Positions 13,078 through 25,051 of a DNA stretch of 64,000 nucleotides are shown here, piece after piece. The notes under the pieces were generated by a model. The model did not search any database and had not been told where the DNA came from. It saw only the letters and a list, made by a program, of their open reading frames with translations. This stretch comes from Octopus vulgaris (taxonomy: Eukaryota). Made by a program: the position numbers and the translations under genes. The DNA is taken from the NCBI GenBank assembly GCA_951406725.2, contig OX597825.1:88412001-88476000 (forward strand), given 5' to 3'. How positions within the stretch are numbered: position 1 is the stretch's first letter; the number at the start of each line of letters is the position of its first letter.

Positions 13078-13609
13078 ATTTAGATGGTCATTTTTAGTTT
13101 TGTTTTCTTTTGTTCTTGGCCAAATAAACACACCTACTATTAATTTGTTCCTCACACGTTTATTACAATTCTCATTGTCCATTGTGCACAAACCTTCGTC
13201 ACACACCTGTGACCTCCACAGTGACGCTTTCTATCTTCGTGTGTGCTCTTGCTCTGCCTATTTCATTCTTTTCTTCTTACATTCCATCCCGTGTATCCAT
13301 ACGTGCGCATGCGTCTGTGTGTGTGTGTGTCGATGTAAACATGTGTGTGTGTGAGCATATGTGTGTATGCCTGAGTGTTTGTCATTGTTCTTAGTATCTC
13401 TTTGACCCTGCCCTGCTCTTCAACCCGACATTTTATTCTAACTTCGTAACTCATTATGTTTGTATGTTCACCCACGCTGCTGACATCGTGGTAGATGTTG
13501 TTGTTATTGTTGTTTTTTGCCATTGTTCTTAGTCGTGTTGCTGATATTGTTGGGGTTGTGTGTGAAGTTAGCGCATGTGTGTTTGTGTGTGTATATGGCT
13601 TCGCTTCAT

Positions 13610-13760
13610 ATATTATTGACAGAACTTCTATGTCCTGCTTGAACACGTTGGTGGAGCACTGATGAGATTCCCTCTTCTTTAAGCTCTCACCAGTCTTCAC
13701 CTATGCCCTCCCCCTATGCTGCCTGCTGTCTCTGCAATGTTTGTAGTCATCATGCTTCTA
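13610..13760 (-). pseudogene. possible decayed GIY-YIG (PLE) fragment
   Basis: Minus strand with frameshifts reads HCRD..IGE/TGESLKKR, resembling the CxxC..YIGETGRxLxxR motif. Confidence 0.25.
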
Positions 13761-13819
13761 CACCGCACCTCAGTACATTGTAAGCTATACAACATATTCC
13801 TAACCTTGTACTTAACCTA

Positions 13820-13878
<59 letters not shown>

Positions 13879-14099
13879 CTGCGTTTGTTTCTCAGTGTGT
13901 GTGTGTGTGTGTGTGTACATGTGTGGGTGCGTGCGTGCGTGTCTCCGTATAAGAAAATGAGATGACAAAGGAATACAGCTGCTTCTTACCATAAGCTGCA
14001 TTGGAATGTTTATTAACATCATCATTTTCAATATTACTGCAGCATCCTAGTAATCCTAATTTGTTTTTCACCTCTTGTTAGAATCAAATATATAACAAT

Positions 14100-14670
14100 A
14101 ACTTTCAACCTCATCTTTCGCATTTAACCCTATATCTCTGGTTGAATTGTAGCATAAGATAAACAGGATCATTTCTTTCTTAATTCTGGAGATGAGATGC
14201 TTCGCTGTCCGTTCCCCACTACCACATCGACTAACGGCCTTCAAGACTATAAATGTTAAATACACCCTACCCCGTCGTGCTCAACTCTGCTATAAGACCA
14301 CTTATCTGATTTGGCAAACTCTTTCTACGACCAGCGTACATAGTAGAATCACGAAGTATGCATTTGCCGAGTTTTTAAATGTTTCTAATACGGTGGTTTC
14401 TGTATCAGCCCGAAGAAAACTGTTTTATAAACTGATGTCATGTGCCTATTAAACAATTACAAAATCGCTGGAGACAACTGCAATGAATTGACACATATTC
14501 ATTTATGTATCACGTCTCTCGCAACCTGATCCTCGGTGGTCCGAAGTGTATTATGGACCGTATATTTAAACCAAAGTTTATTTCTGGATTAGCCCAAGGG
14601 CTAGTAATATGCTCAGAAGGTTTCCATTAATCATATACAAAACCTGAATATCTTTCTGCCTGTACTTCGG
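14100..14670 (-). repeat. inverted duplication arm B'
   Basis: Reverse complement of 10822-11378 with several indels. The ORF track shows matching peptides on opposite strands (CYKTTYLIWQT). Confidence 0.9.
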
Positions 14671-14767
14671 AACGAACGTTTGCCTTCGTCTATAATAGTT
14701 GTGTATGCATTCTAATTTTGACGCCACACGGTTCCTTACTACTTAAGTGCCTGGTTCACCCGAATCC

Positions 14768-14854
<87 letters not shown>

Positions 14855-14860
<6 letters not shown>

Positions 14861-15114
14861 GGTGAAATATTGACACCCCTGTGGTTTAGCAAGTCAACTA
14901 TCCTAAGCCGTATAAAGGCGCCTGCGCACTCTCAATGAAAAACAATGTGGTGTGTATAGGTGCTTTGTGAAGACAGTCGTAGAAGTCATTGGGAAGAGAT
15001 ACTGTTTGTTACTTGTTGTTTCGGATTTATATTTGTATTGTTATAACCTTCTTCTAAGTCCACGTTATAAACTGGGATTATACAGTGAGTTCAAAGTGTT
15101 GACGAGACACAACA
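14855..15114 (+). mobile_element. Gypsy 5' LTR
   Basis: Starts TGTTGTG and ends CACAACA (terminal inverted repeat). TATAAA at ~14911. Immediately followed by a PBS. Confidence 0.85.
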
Positions 15115-15115
15115 A

Positions 15116-15125
15116 TGGCGACGAG
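15116..15125 (+). promoter_or_regulatory. primer-binding site, complementary to a tRNA 3' end (Ser-GCU type)
   Basis: TGGCGACGAG one base after the LTR end. Confidence 0.8.
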
Positions 15126-15156
15126 ACATTCGAGGCTCCCGGTAGACTTTCTTAGC

Positions 15157-16220
15157 ATGGAAGACCTATTACCTTCCGTGGTTCAGTTACAATGGAAACT
15201 GCAACAGCAACAACAAGAACAACAGAAACAGCATGTACAGGTACAACAGCAACAACAACAAATCAACAGGTGTTAGAATTATTGTTGCAGTCAAAAACCA
15301 CTTCAAGTTCGTTTTCGGCAGATGCGGTTGTTAATTCAATTGACGAATTCACGTATAATCCGGAAGAAGTGAGTCCGTTTTCTACGTACTTCGGAAGGTA
15401 AGATGGAATCTTCAAAGAGTGCAAAAGGTGGACAGACGAAAAGAAGAAACGTCTTCCTTTAAGGAAATTATCACCAGTAAAACATGACAAGTTTTTTAAT
15501 TACAACTTGCCGAGAAAACCATTCGAAATTTATTTCGAGGAATCAATTAAGCTATTATCTAAAATAGTCAGTGAAAGAAGTTCACAATTTAATATTCGCT
15601 GTGAGTGTGTGAATTTGAGTAGTAAAAAAGAAAAGAAACGGATAATTTCGATACGTATGCCGAACTCGTAAATAGAGAATGTGGAAATTTAAGCTCGGAC
15701 ATGTTTAAATGTTTAATCTTCGTACAAGGACTAACAGTAAATAAAGATGCAGAAATAAGGGCTCGAATATTGACAAAGCTTAAACAAGGTTCGAAACTGA
15801 CTCTACGAATAGTGGCTGAAGAATGCCAAAGAAATTATAATTCTACGACAGGACGCAGAAAATGTTGAAAAAGATTATTCAAATAAACATCCTTCTCGAC
15901 CAGTAACAGATAGGAGAAAAGAAAAGCAACAGTCATTACCCAAACCATGTTATAGTTGTGAAGAAATACCTTTCAAAAGAAACTGTGTGGAAAAATTGGA
16001 CACAAGAGTTCATATTGTTGGGTGAAACAAAAAAGGTAGAACGAAAACAATTCGAGAAAATAAGTATTACCAACAGAAATGCAAAGCGAGGCACAAAAAA
16101 AAAAAAAGATTTGTCCCTTTAAACATAATGTAAATCCGAGACTATAGTTGGACACAAGTTATGGTATCAAAATAATTAACGAGGCTACATGGAAAAAACA
16201 GGAATGCCTGAATTTACTTC
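15157..16220 (+). pseudogene. disrupted Gypsy gag and start of protease
   Basis: Frameshifted peptides: Q-rich N-terminus, SIDEFTYNPEE, WTDEKK, MFKCLIFVQGL..DAEIRARIL, zinc-knuckle remnants CYSC and CGKIGHKSSYC, protease-like LDTS..IINEATWKK. Truncated after that. Confidence 0.85.
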
Positions 16221-16384
16221 TAAATCCATATCCATATCTTTTGCATGTTTTGCTTTACATGTTTTAGAAAGTCATGGACATTAGCATATATGTATTTTGA
16301 GAGAGTATTATAAAACGCAACGTGCATATGTATGTATGTATGTATATATATAAATACACACACATATATGCATAGAGAGAGAGG

Positions 16385-16877
16385 GAGAGAGAGAGAGTAA
16401 GTGGTAAATGTTAAGTAAATCAATATTATATCATGGGAGATCGATAGAAGAGTGTGTGCGAATAGTGAATATCAGAATATCAAATATTGATATTAGTTCC
16501 GGCATGTAGGACATATTGTCCTCATCAGTTGATAAATAAAAGACATTTCTAAAGTTAAGGGTCACGACCTTAATCTGAACTCAAACTTTTCTGCATATGG
16601 ATCTCTCATATTTAACATGTGTTTTGTTTTAACACATTTACCGCTAACACTAACACTGAATTATAAAGTAGATATTTAATTTGAACTCTTTCATGCCTAC
16701 CGGTCAGTCACCTTCCTAAGGTCCGTGATCTCATCACTCTATTTTTGAAATATCGAACTGAAATCCTTCCATCAACTTTTCATGTTAATCTATTTCCCAG
16801 ACCCCGATGTTTGAGATATTTCACATTTCTCTTTCGTGCTTTGAAACTTAATTAAATGCAAAGTACTTCAACAGAAA
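16385..16877 (-). repeat. inverted duplication arm A'
   Basis: Reverse complement of 9200-9696. Confidence 0.9.
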
Positions 16878-17439
16878 CATTTCATTAGAAAGGTTAAGCT
16901 TAGTTTAGATATTTACAACCTCAAATCCTACCCTAAAATATTGTATACTCATCCGCTGCAACTGCATTCTAAAAGGAAACATTATAAGACAGTATGGACA
17001 AAATAGTCTCTATCTGGATGTAAGGCTGACCACTTGTATGCTTCCTGCTTAGTAGCTTCTATCATTTATGTTGATTGATGAATATGTTGTTGTTCTCAAA
17101 GTTGTAATGTTACGAACAAAGACTCGAGGAAATTTATAGTTTCCAGAAGCACGTGTAGCTCCAACCATAAGAAAGAAAACAAAAACAGTTTCATATATGT
17201 GATATCACTATATTTACACCCTTAAAGTCGGGATTCTATTTATACCGTGAACTATTCTCTGCCAGTCAATATTCACACAGAACTTACTGGAACAATGGAC
17301 CATGTTTGCACAAATTTTGTTTTAGATGCATGTATAGACGATAACAGACATTGAATTTCTTTTTTGCCGTTCCTAAATCATCGAGTGGAATATCCAATGG
17401 AGCATCGAGGGTACAACAGCTGGTGAGACGAAGACTCTA

Positions 17440-17580
17440 CGAGGACTCATGTTTAAATCAGTAACTGGAGCAGCGTGAAATAAAGTGACATCTTTGCAAC
17501 AGAACATCCGGTCTTCGAATCGAACCAAGGATCTTATCTGCGTGAGCATATCACAATAACCGTTAGGATACACATCTACA
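17440..17580 (-). mobile_element. old tRNA-derived SINE copy (53461 family)
   Basis: Minus strand has box B GGTTCGATTC, agaccgg, and cactttatttcacgctgctccagtt matching 53546-53580. Confidence 0.65.
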
Positions 17581-18356
17581 GCTTAGATAATATTAAGTGT
17601 TGCAATCTCCAGCAAGCGATATATATATGTTGTAAGATTGAATGTCATAGGTTATAAAGCCAACGTATGAAAGTAGTTACTCTGAATGCTTATGGTTGGA
17701 AAGAAGCAGATTTTATTTGTCACCAGAGATTATTTATATGGCCACCGGGAAGAAAGGCGAGAATTTTAAGTTCATGACATCCGTAAATGGATATTTCATG
17801 GCCGTTACATATTGTGGATATGGAAATCCAAAGTGGATTGCTAAATGAATAATCATTCATTCAAATGGATAAAATCAAAACGGGAAATATAAATAACTCC
17901 GAGAGCATCACTCTAAATTGTATAAAACTGATGTAAGGGTAATATGTCTCACGGCATTTTCAAATTTGCTTTAGTGCTCTTAGTGATGTAGTTGGCAGAG
18001 TACTTTGCTGAGATATGTTTCATGTAATACGACAAATTCCAATATCTCAATCCATGATATACATATTTATGAAATATACAATACATACGCATTTTTCTTT
18101 TTTACCTCAATATACGGTTGGATCGTTAATGCAAGCCTGATTTTCTGGTGATCTGAGGAGCAAGATTTCTTTGTTTTCACTGACTTGTGAATATACAATT
18201 CTATTGCATAATGGCGAGCGTATATATTAATGCAAAAATAATGTATGGATGCTGGAATAAATGCTACATGTAGGAGTTTGCAAAAACACCATAATCCTAA
18301 GAATATCACGTGGTAAAATAATATATATTCACCCCTCATTATCCAGAATATAATGG

Positions 18357-18418
<62 letters not shown>

Positions 18419-18495
18419 CCATACTATATATAAAATACATACATACATACATAATATATACATTATGTCTATCAATCCAACTATCTATCTTTATA

Positions 18496-19768
18496 CACAG
18501 ACATGCAGGAAGTAAATAGACATCTACAATTTTCAAAATTTCTGGTCGAAGTGTCTTAATATGTTTTCAGTGGTGTAGAATTTACATTGTAATTATTCTT
18601 TTTCATTCCAGGTGACATTATAGTAAACATTTACGAAGAGTAACCATGCCACGCACAAAGAATTCAGCAGAACTGTCAGATTTTCAAAGAGGGCGTATTG
18701 TTGGTCAATCTGAGGCTGGTCTTAGCCAGCGTAAAATCACCGAAAATCTTCAAATCCTCTTGCTACTGTTAGTTTAATTATAGTGCAATTCAAAAGCCAA
18801 GGAAAAGAATCAACAGATTCTCGTCCCGGCCGACCTGGGCCATCGGAAAGGAAGCTTCATAGTTTGAAAAGAATTGTGGATAACGAACCTCGATCGAAGG
18901 CTTATGATACTGCAGAACATCTAGAAGTTAGTCCAAGAATGTGTTACATATCTGCGTAAGGTCGAGTATTATGGACGAGCAGCTAGAAGAAAACTTCTTC
19001 TTCAACCAATTAATATCATGAAAAGAATGAACTGGGCTAAGGAGACGTGAGAAAAATCCTGTTCATTTCGGGATAGAGTGATTTTCTCAGATGAATCCAG
19101 ATTTGCATTATTTTCAGACAGCGGACGTGTTTGGTCTGGAGGCTTTCCAATCAAGAATTTGATTTGAAACGACTCTAACCAACTGTGAAACACGGCAGTA
19201 TCTCTGTAATGGTATGGGAAGCTGTCACCAGCAATTGTCGTTCTGAGCTGATCGAATGTGTTTGAACCATAAACTCTGAAAAATACATCGAAATACTAAA
19301 GCAAGGACTACTTCCGATGTATTCACACGATAACATAACGAAAAATGAGTTCTTTTTCATGGACGATGGGTCTCCATGCCACACATCGAAAAGGAATCAA
19401 CAATGGCTGACTGAAAATGGGATCAAAAAGCTTCTTTGGCTTAGCCAATCTCCTGACATGAACCCAATTGAACATTTTGGGAGTATATTAGATAGAGCTA
19501 TACGAAAAGCTCGACAGAAACCTAAATCTAAAGATGAATTGTTTCGATTGTTGCGTGAAAAGTGGGCAGAAATTCCACAAGAGACAATCACAAAGCTCAT
19601 CAGTTCAATGCCAAAAAGAATTTCTGAATTAAAAACTGCAAAGGAAATGTCAACTAAATACTAAAGTATGTAGTCCTACCTATTGACTACATTTCAATTG
19701 TTCGCTCTGCGTATTAAATAAATGATTTTGAAAATTAAAGGTGTCTATTTACATGATGCATGTCTGTG
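18496..19768 (+). mobile_element. full-length, defective Tc1 (DD34E) transposon
   Basis: ~44-bp TIRs (CACAGACATGCA...GTAAATAGACA...AATTTTCAAAAT) flanked by TA on both sides. Transposase 18646-19664 has frameshifts and stops: [46 protein letters not shown]. 34 residues lie between the second catalytic D and E. Confidence 0.95.
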
Positions 19769-20109
19769 TAAACGACTAGAGACACGCCAATAGCTTAAGA
19801 GCGAAATTTAAGATTTATCGTATTTTCGCAAATCGATTTTGATAAAACTTTTCCCTGTTGGCTTGCACACTATGGCAACACCATTGTTATGTTTTGATTA
19901 TTCTGTGTAACATACTTTTTTTAAATTTCAGAATGTTCAGTCTTCGGGTGAACCAAATTTCTAACTTTTAAATGAATATAACTCATCTAGACATTTTGGT
20001 TTTCAGAAAATGAAACGTAATGATACGTATTAAGTTTACATTGAATATATATTTAAATGAAAACCGTAATAATTTTGTAAAAATTATTGACATAGTTAAT
20101 TACTTAGTC

Positions 20110-20985
20110 ACGTGAGCGCCAAGGAAGGATTCGGTTGTGCGTCCTCCAAGACTGTGACAGCTAGAGACTTGAGGAATATTGGCCGCAATTTTAGTGGGAA
20201 ACCTGAACTAGCAAGCAAAGGCATTTTCACTCCTGCGGTCTTTCTCATGTAGCGATAACCACCAGAAATCGCATCCTCGGGACCATGGCTTCCCTGTGAA
20301 GAACCCTAAAACTGCCTCCTTTAAAGCCCCGTCACAGGAGTTTGAGACTTCAATGGGTCCAAATGTACATGACTTTAGACGTGAGCTGAGTTCTGTTCAC
20401 TGACGAAACCAGGGTGACTTTTGCCGAAATTGACGGTTGGGAAACTGGTTGTGTCTATTTTGGAGATGAACGTCACGAACGTTTAGGAAGCCAAAAATAA
20501 GATGGATGAGTCATGTTGTGGGTTGGTTTCATTTGGGACTTGTTAGTCCAGTCAGGGTGCTTGGAGGGGTTAAAGTGATTGCAGTTGCCTACTGCAATCT
20601 CTTGAAGAAGATCTTAGATCTTTTGCTGGATGATGCAACTCTGTCACATCTAAGGAATTTCGAATTCATGCATGACAACGTTCCCTCCCACTATGTTAGG
20701 ATCACCCAAACATTCCTGGGGTATTACAGCATACAGGGTGAAACATTGATAGTGTGGTTGCTAGCATCTCCGGAATCCAACCCTATCGAAAATCTTTGGT
20801 CCATCATTAAACATGAAGTTTATGCCAATGGACGCCAATTTGTATCGAATGATGATTTATGGGCAACCATCAAAGTTGCAACAGAGGCAGTCCAACCTGC
20901 TACTATTAAGAAAGTGACAGATTCTATGAATTAAAAGATTTTTGAAGTTATCCCTCGAAAGGGCGTTCATGTGGCTAAATGCTTA
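20110..20985 (+). mobile_element. defective DD37E (TRT-family) transposase
   Basis: VLFTDETRVTF...DGW, FMHDNVPSH, SPESNPIENLWS. 37 residues counted between D and E. TIRs not located. Confidence 0.85.
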
Positions 20986-21149
20986 GCGGTATTTCGTCTG
21001 TCTTCATGTTCTGAGTTCCAAATCCTGCACGAGTGAAAATATATAGTAAAGAGAATTTGAAAATGCAGGATTATTCTAAAGATGTTTATTGACTTGACCG
21101 CTTTCACTTTTACAAAAAAAAATTCAAAAGTAAAATGACACTCACGAAG

Positions 21150-21658
21150 GTTCATAAGGGAAAATCACCTGATAATGATAGAATGCTAAATTTCTGGATC
21201 GCATCAAAGAGCTAGTCCAGTTATTCAATGACACTATGAGAGATCCAACGAAATCATGTGATGGCTAGCAAGAGACATCACTTACTACTCCCGAAGAATA
21301 ATGAAACCAAATCTCCATTACGTTCCCCAGACTTGACTACCTCGGATCTTTCCTTGTGGGGATACCTGGAGGGAAGGTTTTACGTCAACAAACCGTAGAC
21401 CCTGGTGCAACGGATGGAGAACATCAATAACGAAATCAAGGAAGTGGGGTCTGAAACTCTTGAGGGTGTTATGGAGCAAGGACGAAAATAGTTTCCATTT
21501 AAGCGATGTCATTTTTCATATGTGATGTAGAGATGTTGCATAATTGATATTAGCCATATTAATTTCCATTATGGCCTTTATATTGTAGCAAAATTTATTT
21601 GAAATGTTAAGGAAGTTATAAAAAATTGAAGCCCACCAGTGACTTTTATGACACCCTG
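21150..21658 (+). mobile_element. 3' fragment of a rosa/maT-like (DDxD) transposon
   Basis: RSPDLTTSDLSLWGYLEGRFYVNKP and C-terminal HLSDVIFH. Right end GACACCCTG followed by TA. Confidence 0.75.
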
Positions 21659-22452
21659 TATATGATGAATATAATCCCTTGAATACTACTTGGGATGCAC
21701 TTTGGCTGTGCGGAGCGTCTCGGGTGTCTTATGCAGGAGTACAAGGGAATAAATTGGAAACATAAAGCAATTAAGAGAAACGGAGTGAGAGACTTCATGC
21801 TGGAATATGCAAAGTCTGCTTCAATTTAGTTTATTCTTAACAAACGAGAACGTTTGTGCTTCCTTTCCACCAGCAGGCCACAGGGTTGAGAGTAATACAT
21901 TTAGACTGTGTATTGCCAGTAGCTCATTGTTTTTTGTTTGTTGTGCATCAAAAGATACCACACTCTCAAAGTTGCTTACATAATATTATCTTAATATTTT
22001 CAAAATCGTTTCGGTGTAAAGTTTACGAAGCCATCGTGACGGTATCGCGGTTTCTAATCCCAACTTGTCTCCCATGCATCTATGTTTGTATAATTATCTG
22101 CATTTCCAATATGAACACCTGTTTACAGGCAAGTGATTGCAATAATTGAAACACTATTCTTCGTAATTCGTTGTTGACCTAGGTTCAATATAGAGCAACA
22201 GATCTCCCGATATTTTTCTATTGAAATCTCGTCTCATTTCTAATGCACAATATGCTATCAAACTCATTTTATTAATCTGACATTCACTAATTAAAGACTT
22301 CTGATATCCTGCCCGTAAACATAGTTATTAACTAATTTGATATTAAAATATAATTGACAATCATGAAGCGCAGTGGTGTGGCGAGTGATTTTAATAGAAA
22401 CCTTGTGTTTAGACAAAAACAATTGCACGGTCCTAGGTTTAATGAAGCCATG

Positions 22453-22501
<49 letters not shown>

Positions 22502-22829
22502 GAGAGAGAGAGAGAGAGAGAGAAAGAGATAATAATAATAATAGTAATAATATTAATAATAGTAATAATTTATTCTTTTTATCGGCCACAAGGGCTGAGA
22601 CACATGATTAGAAAACATAAACGGACAAAACAGGACGAAAGGTTACAAAGGGTTTTGTCCGTTTTTAAAAAAAATCGTGTAAAAACAGTGTATCAATCAA
22701 ATAATATAACAACGAAAAACTCCCAATAGGGGGAGGCGTTACGAAAGGTTCCTGGTGGAAAAAACCCATAAAAACCAACGGGAGCCTGGTCAGAAGAGAC
22801 CCCTTTCTCCTTTTATAATACCTTTTTCA

Positions 22830-25014
22830 ATTACAGGCGAAACCTTAGAATTGGTCCAATTTTACTGACCATTCTTGCACAATTCACCTACCTTTCAGAA
22901 AACTTGCTATCAGACAGCACTCTCCTCTCTAACCTCATCTTCCTTTTCAAGTGAAACTTGAAAAAGTTGATGCGGCCTTGACCAAAGAGGAAAGTGTTAA
23001 AGGAGGTCGGCGGGGCAATCTTCACTATGGATTCAGCTGATAGCCAGATCCGTCCTATACGTGACAGTAGCTGTTCGACATAAACCCATAGTTCAGCAAT
23101 ACTCGGGCACTGGACAAGTGCGTGCAGAACGGTTTCGTCGTCCTGGCAACACCTCGGGCAGGCCCGGCTGACGGCACTTCCGTGCCGGTAGAGTTTATCC
23201 CCAACAGGCAGAGCCCCTCGGTAGCACTGCCAGGCGAGCAACCTCTGGAAATTATCCATTGGCCCCGGCCGAAAGTCCTTCCGAACAGATCGCTCAGTTC
23301 GTTATCATCAGCGTCTAGAGTTTCCCTGAGAACGTCGTCGCATTTTTCCTCCACTAACCCTCTATAGAACTCTAGAGTAGAAATAAAATCGATCGCATTG
23401 CCCGCTTGGCGGAGGGCGGAGAGAGCTGTTCCGAAAGGTGACCGTTCACCCGTATCACCGCCGAGATGTTGCTGTATAAATCAGCGATCCACCCACGGAA
23501 GACTGGACCGAAGCCGGCTGCCTTGAGAACAGCTGCCAGGTACCGATGGTCGACCCTATCGAAGGCTTTACTCTGATCTAAATTGATCAAAGCCCCACCC
23601 GCGCCAGCGTCTTTACCCACCCTCTCTATGATGTAGCGCATGAGATGGAGGTTGTGTATCGACCTGGTCGGCACGGCGCATGTCTGCGTCCCGCCAACCA
23701 GTTTGTCCACGACAAGCGCCAATCTCTTGGCTAGCACCTTGGCCAAAATCTTCAACTCTGCATTGAGCAGAGTGATGGGCCGAAAATTCCCTATAACGTC
23801 TCCCTTGTTTGGGTCCTTTCTCAGCAAAGCCACCACCCCTCGACAGACAAAAGCAGGAATTCTCCCGTTTTGCTCCTAGTTGCAGTAGACGTTTGCCAAC
23901 AGGCCCGCAAGCAAGTCTGGCATTGAAGTGTAAAGCTCGTAGGGTAGACCATCCAAACCCGGCGAACTACCTCTCGTGCAACTCTTCATTGCTTCTTTCA
24001 CTTCCCAGGCAGATATCGGTCCTTCGCAGCACTCTGCCTCGCTGTCCGAGAGTTGCGGTAAGCCGTCCAAGTAAACACCAAATCTGTACCGTTGTCCGTT
24101 GTCTTAACTAAATCCCTCTCTCTTCCTACGTTCAATAGCTAGAGTCTTACTAAACCTAATCGATTCTACTCTAATTGCTCTCTTGAGGGCAAACCACCAG
24201 TTGTTGTTGATGATTGCCCCCGTGAGCGCTCGCTTAACTAGTAAACTAATCCGGTCTCTGTAAGCTTTGCACGCCGTTAACGACGCGTCCAGCTTCCAGT
24301 AGCCGGGTCCCTGTCTATGTAGCCTGTCTAAGTCGACCGTACAGATCACGAATTTGTGGTCCGTGTAGTCGACTAGGTGGAATTGTGGACATCCTATGCT
24401 GTCCTCATCCGCTGGCCTACAAAACACTCTATCTAAGTACGATCTAGACGACCCGATGCGATTGGTCCAAGTCCACATTGGCACATTCGGGTTGTTTAGT
24501 CGAAATTTGTCGGACAGCTGAAAGCACCCGAGTAGGTTGGCGAGGCTCTTGCACCCCGCTCTCCTATCAGATGCTCCCCTGCCCACCCGATCGAAACGTT
24601 CGTCTGAGACAGCGTTCTAATCCCCAACTAGCACTAGAGTGCGTGACGTTCCCAGGAAAACTTCCAGACGTTTGAAATAATCCGACTGCCCTGCTCCTGT
24701 CCGAGCGTAGGCAGCCAGCAGTCGAGGACCACCAACTTACCTTCTGGATCCAGGAAGACTGTCCTTATTTTCAAGCTCAGGCCCTTCCGAAAGAACACCG
24801 CAGTACTACCACCGCCCGCTCCCGGCCGACACGGAGATAGAAAGATCTCGTATCCGCCGAAAAGGGCTGCGAGTCCCTGCGGGTCGGAGAGCCTGGTTTC
24901 ACTGATGGCTGCTACATCCACATCATGAAACCTCAGGTCGTTTAACAGGTGACCCTGTTTCCAAGGTGACCTGGGGCCTCTCACATTCAAACAACCAATT
25001 CTAAGTTTTGCCAT
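22830..25014 (-). pseudogene. LINE ORF2 (APE-RT-zf), frameshifted and lacking the RT catalytic core
   Basis: LNVRG, ISET, WTW..SYLDRVF, TDH, GPGYWKL, SPGLDGLPYELY, NFRPITLLN, LDQSKAFDRVDH, VNGHLSE, then a jump to the region before CPRC..ETVLHALVQC. No QG or YADD motifs. Confidence 0.92.
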
Positions 25015-25051
25015 ATTTCAAAAGGTGACAGAAAAAAAGGAGAAAAGGGCT

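Noticed and set aside
13659-13680. CTGATGAGATTC
   Set aside because: No closing stem II or GAAA downstream.
10713-14452. Duplicated small gene in arms B/B' (similar peptides at 11076-11270 and 14192-14452)
   Set aside because: The peptide similarity follows from the DNA duplication. The frames start and end differently, indels are present, and no domain is recognisable.
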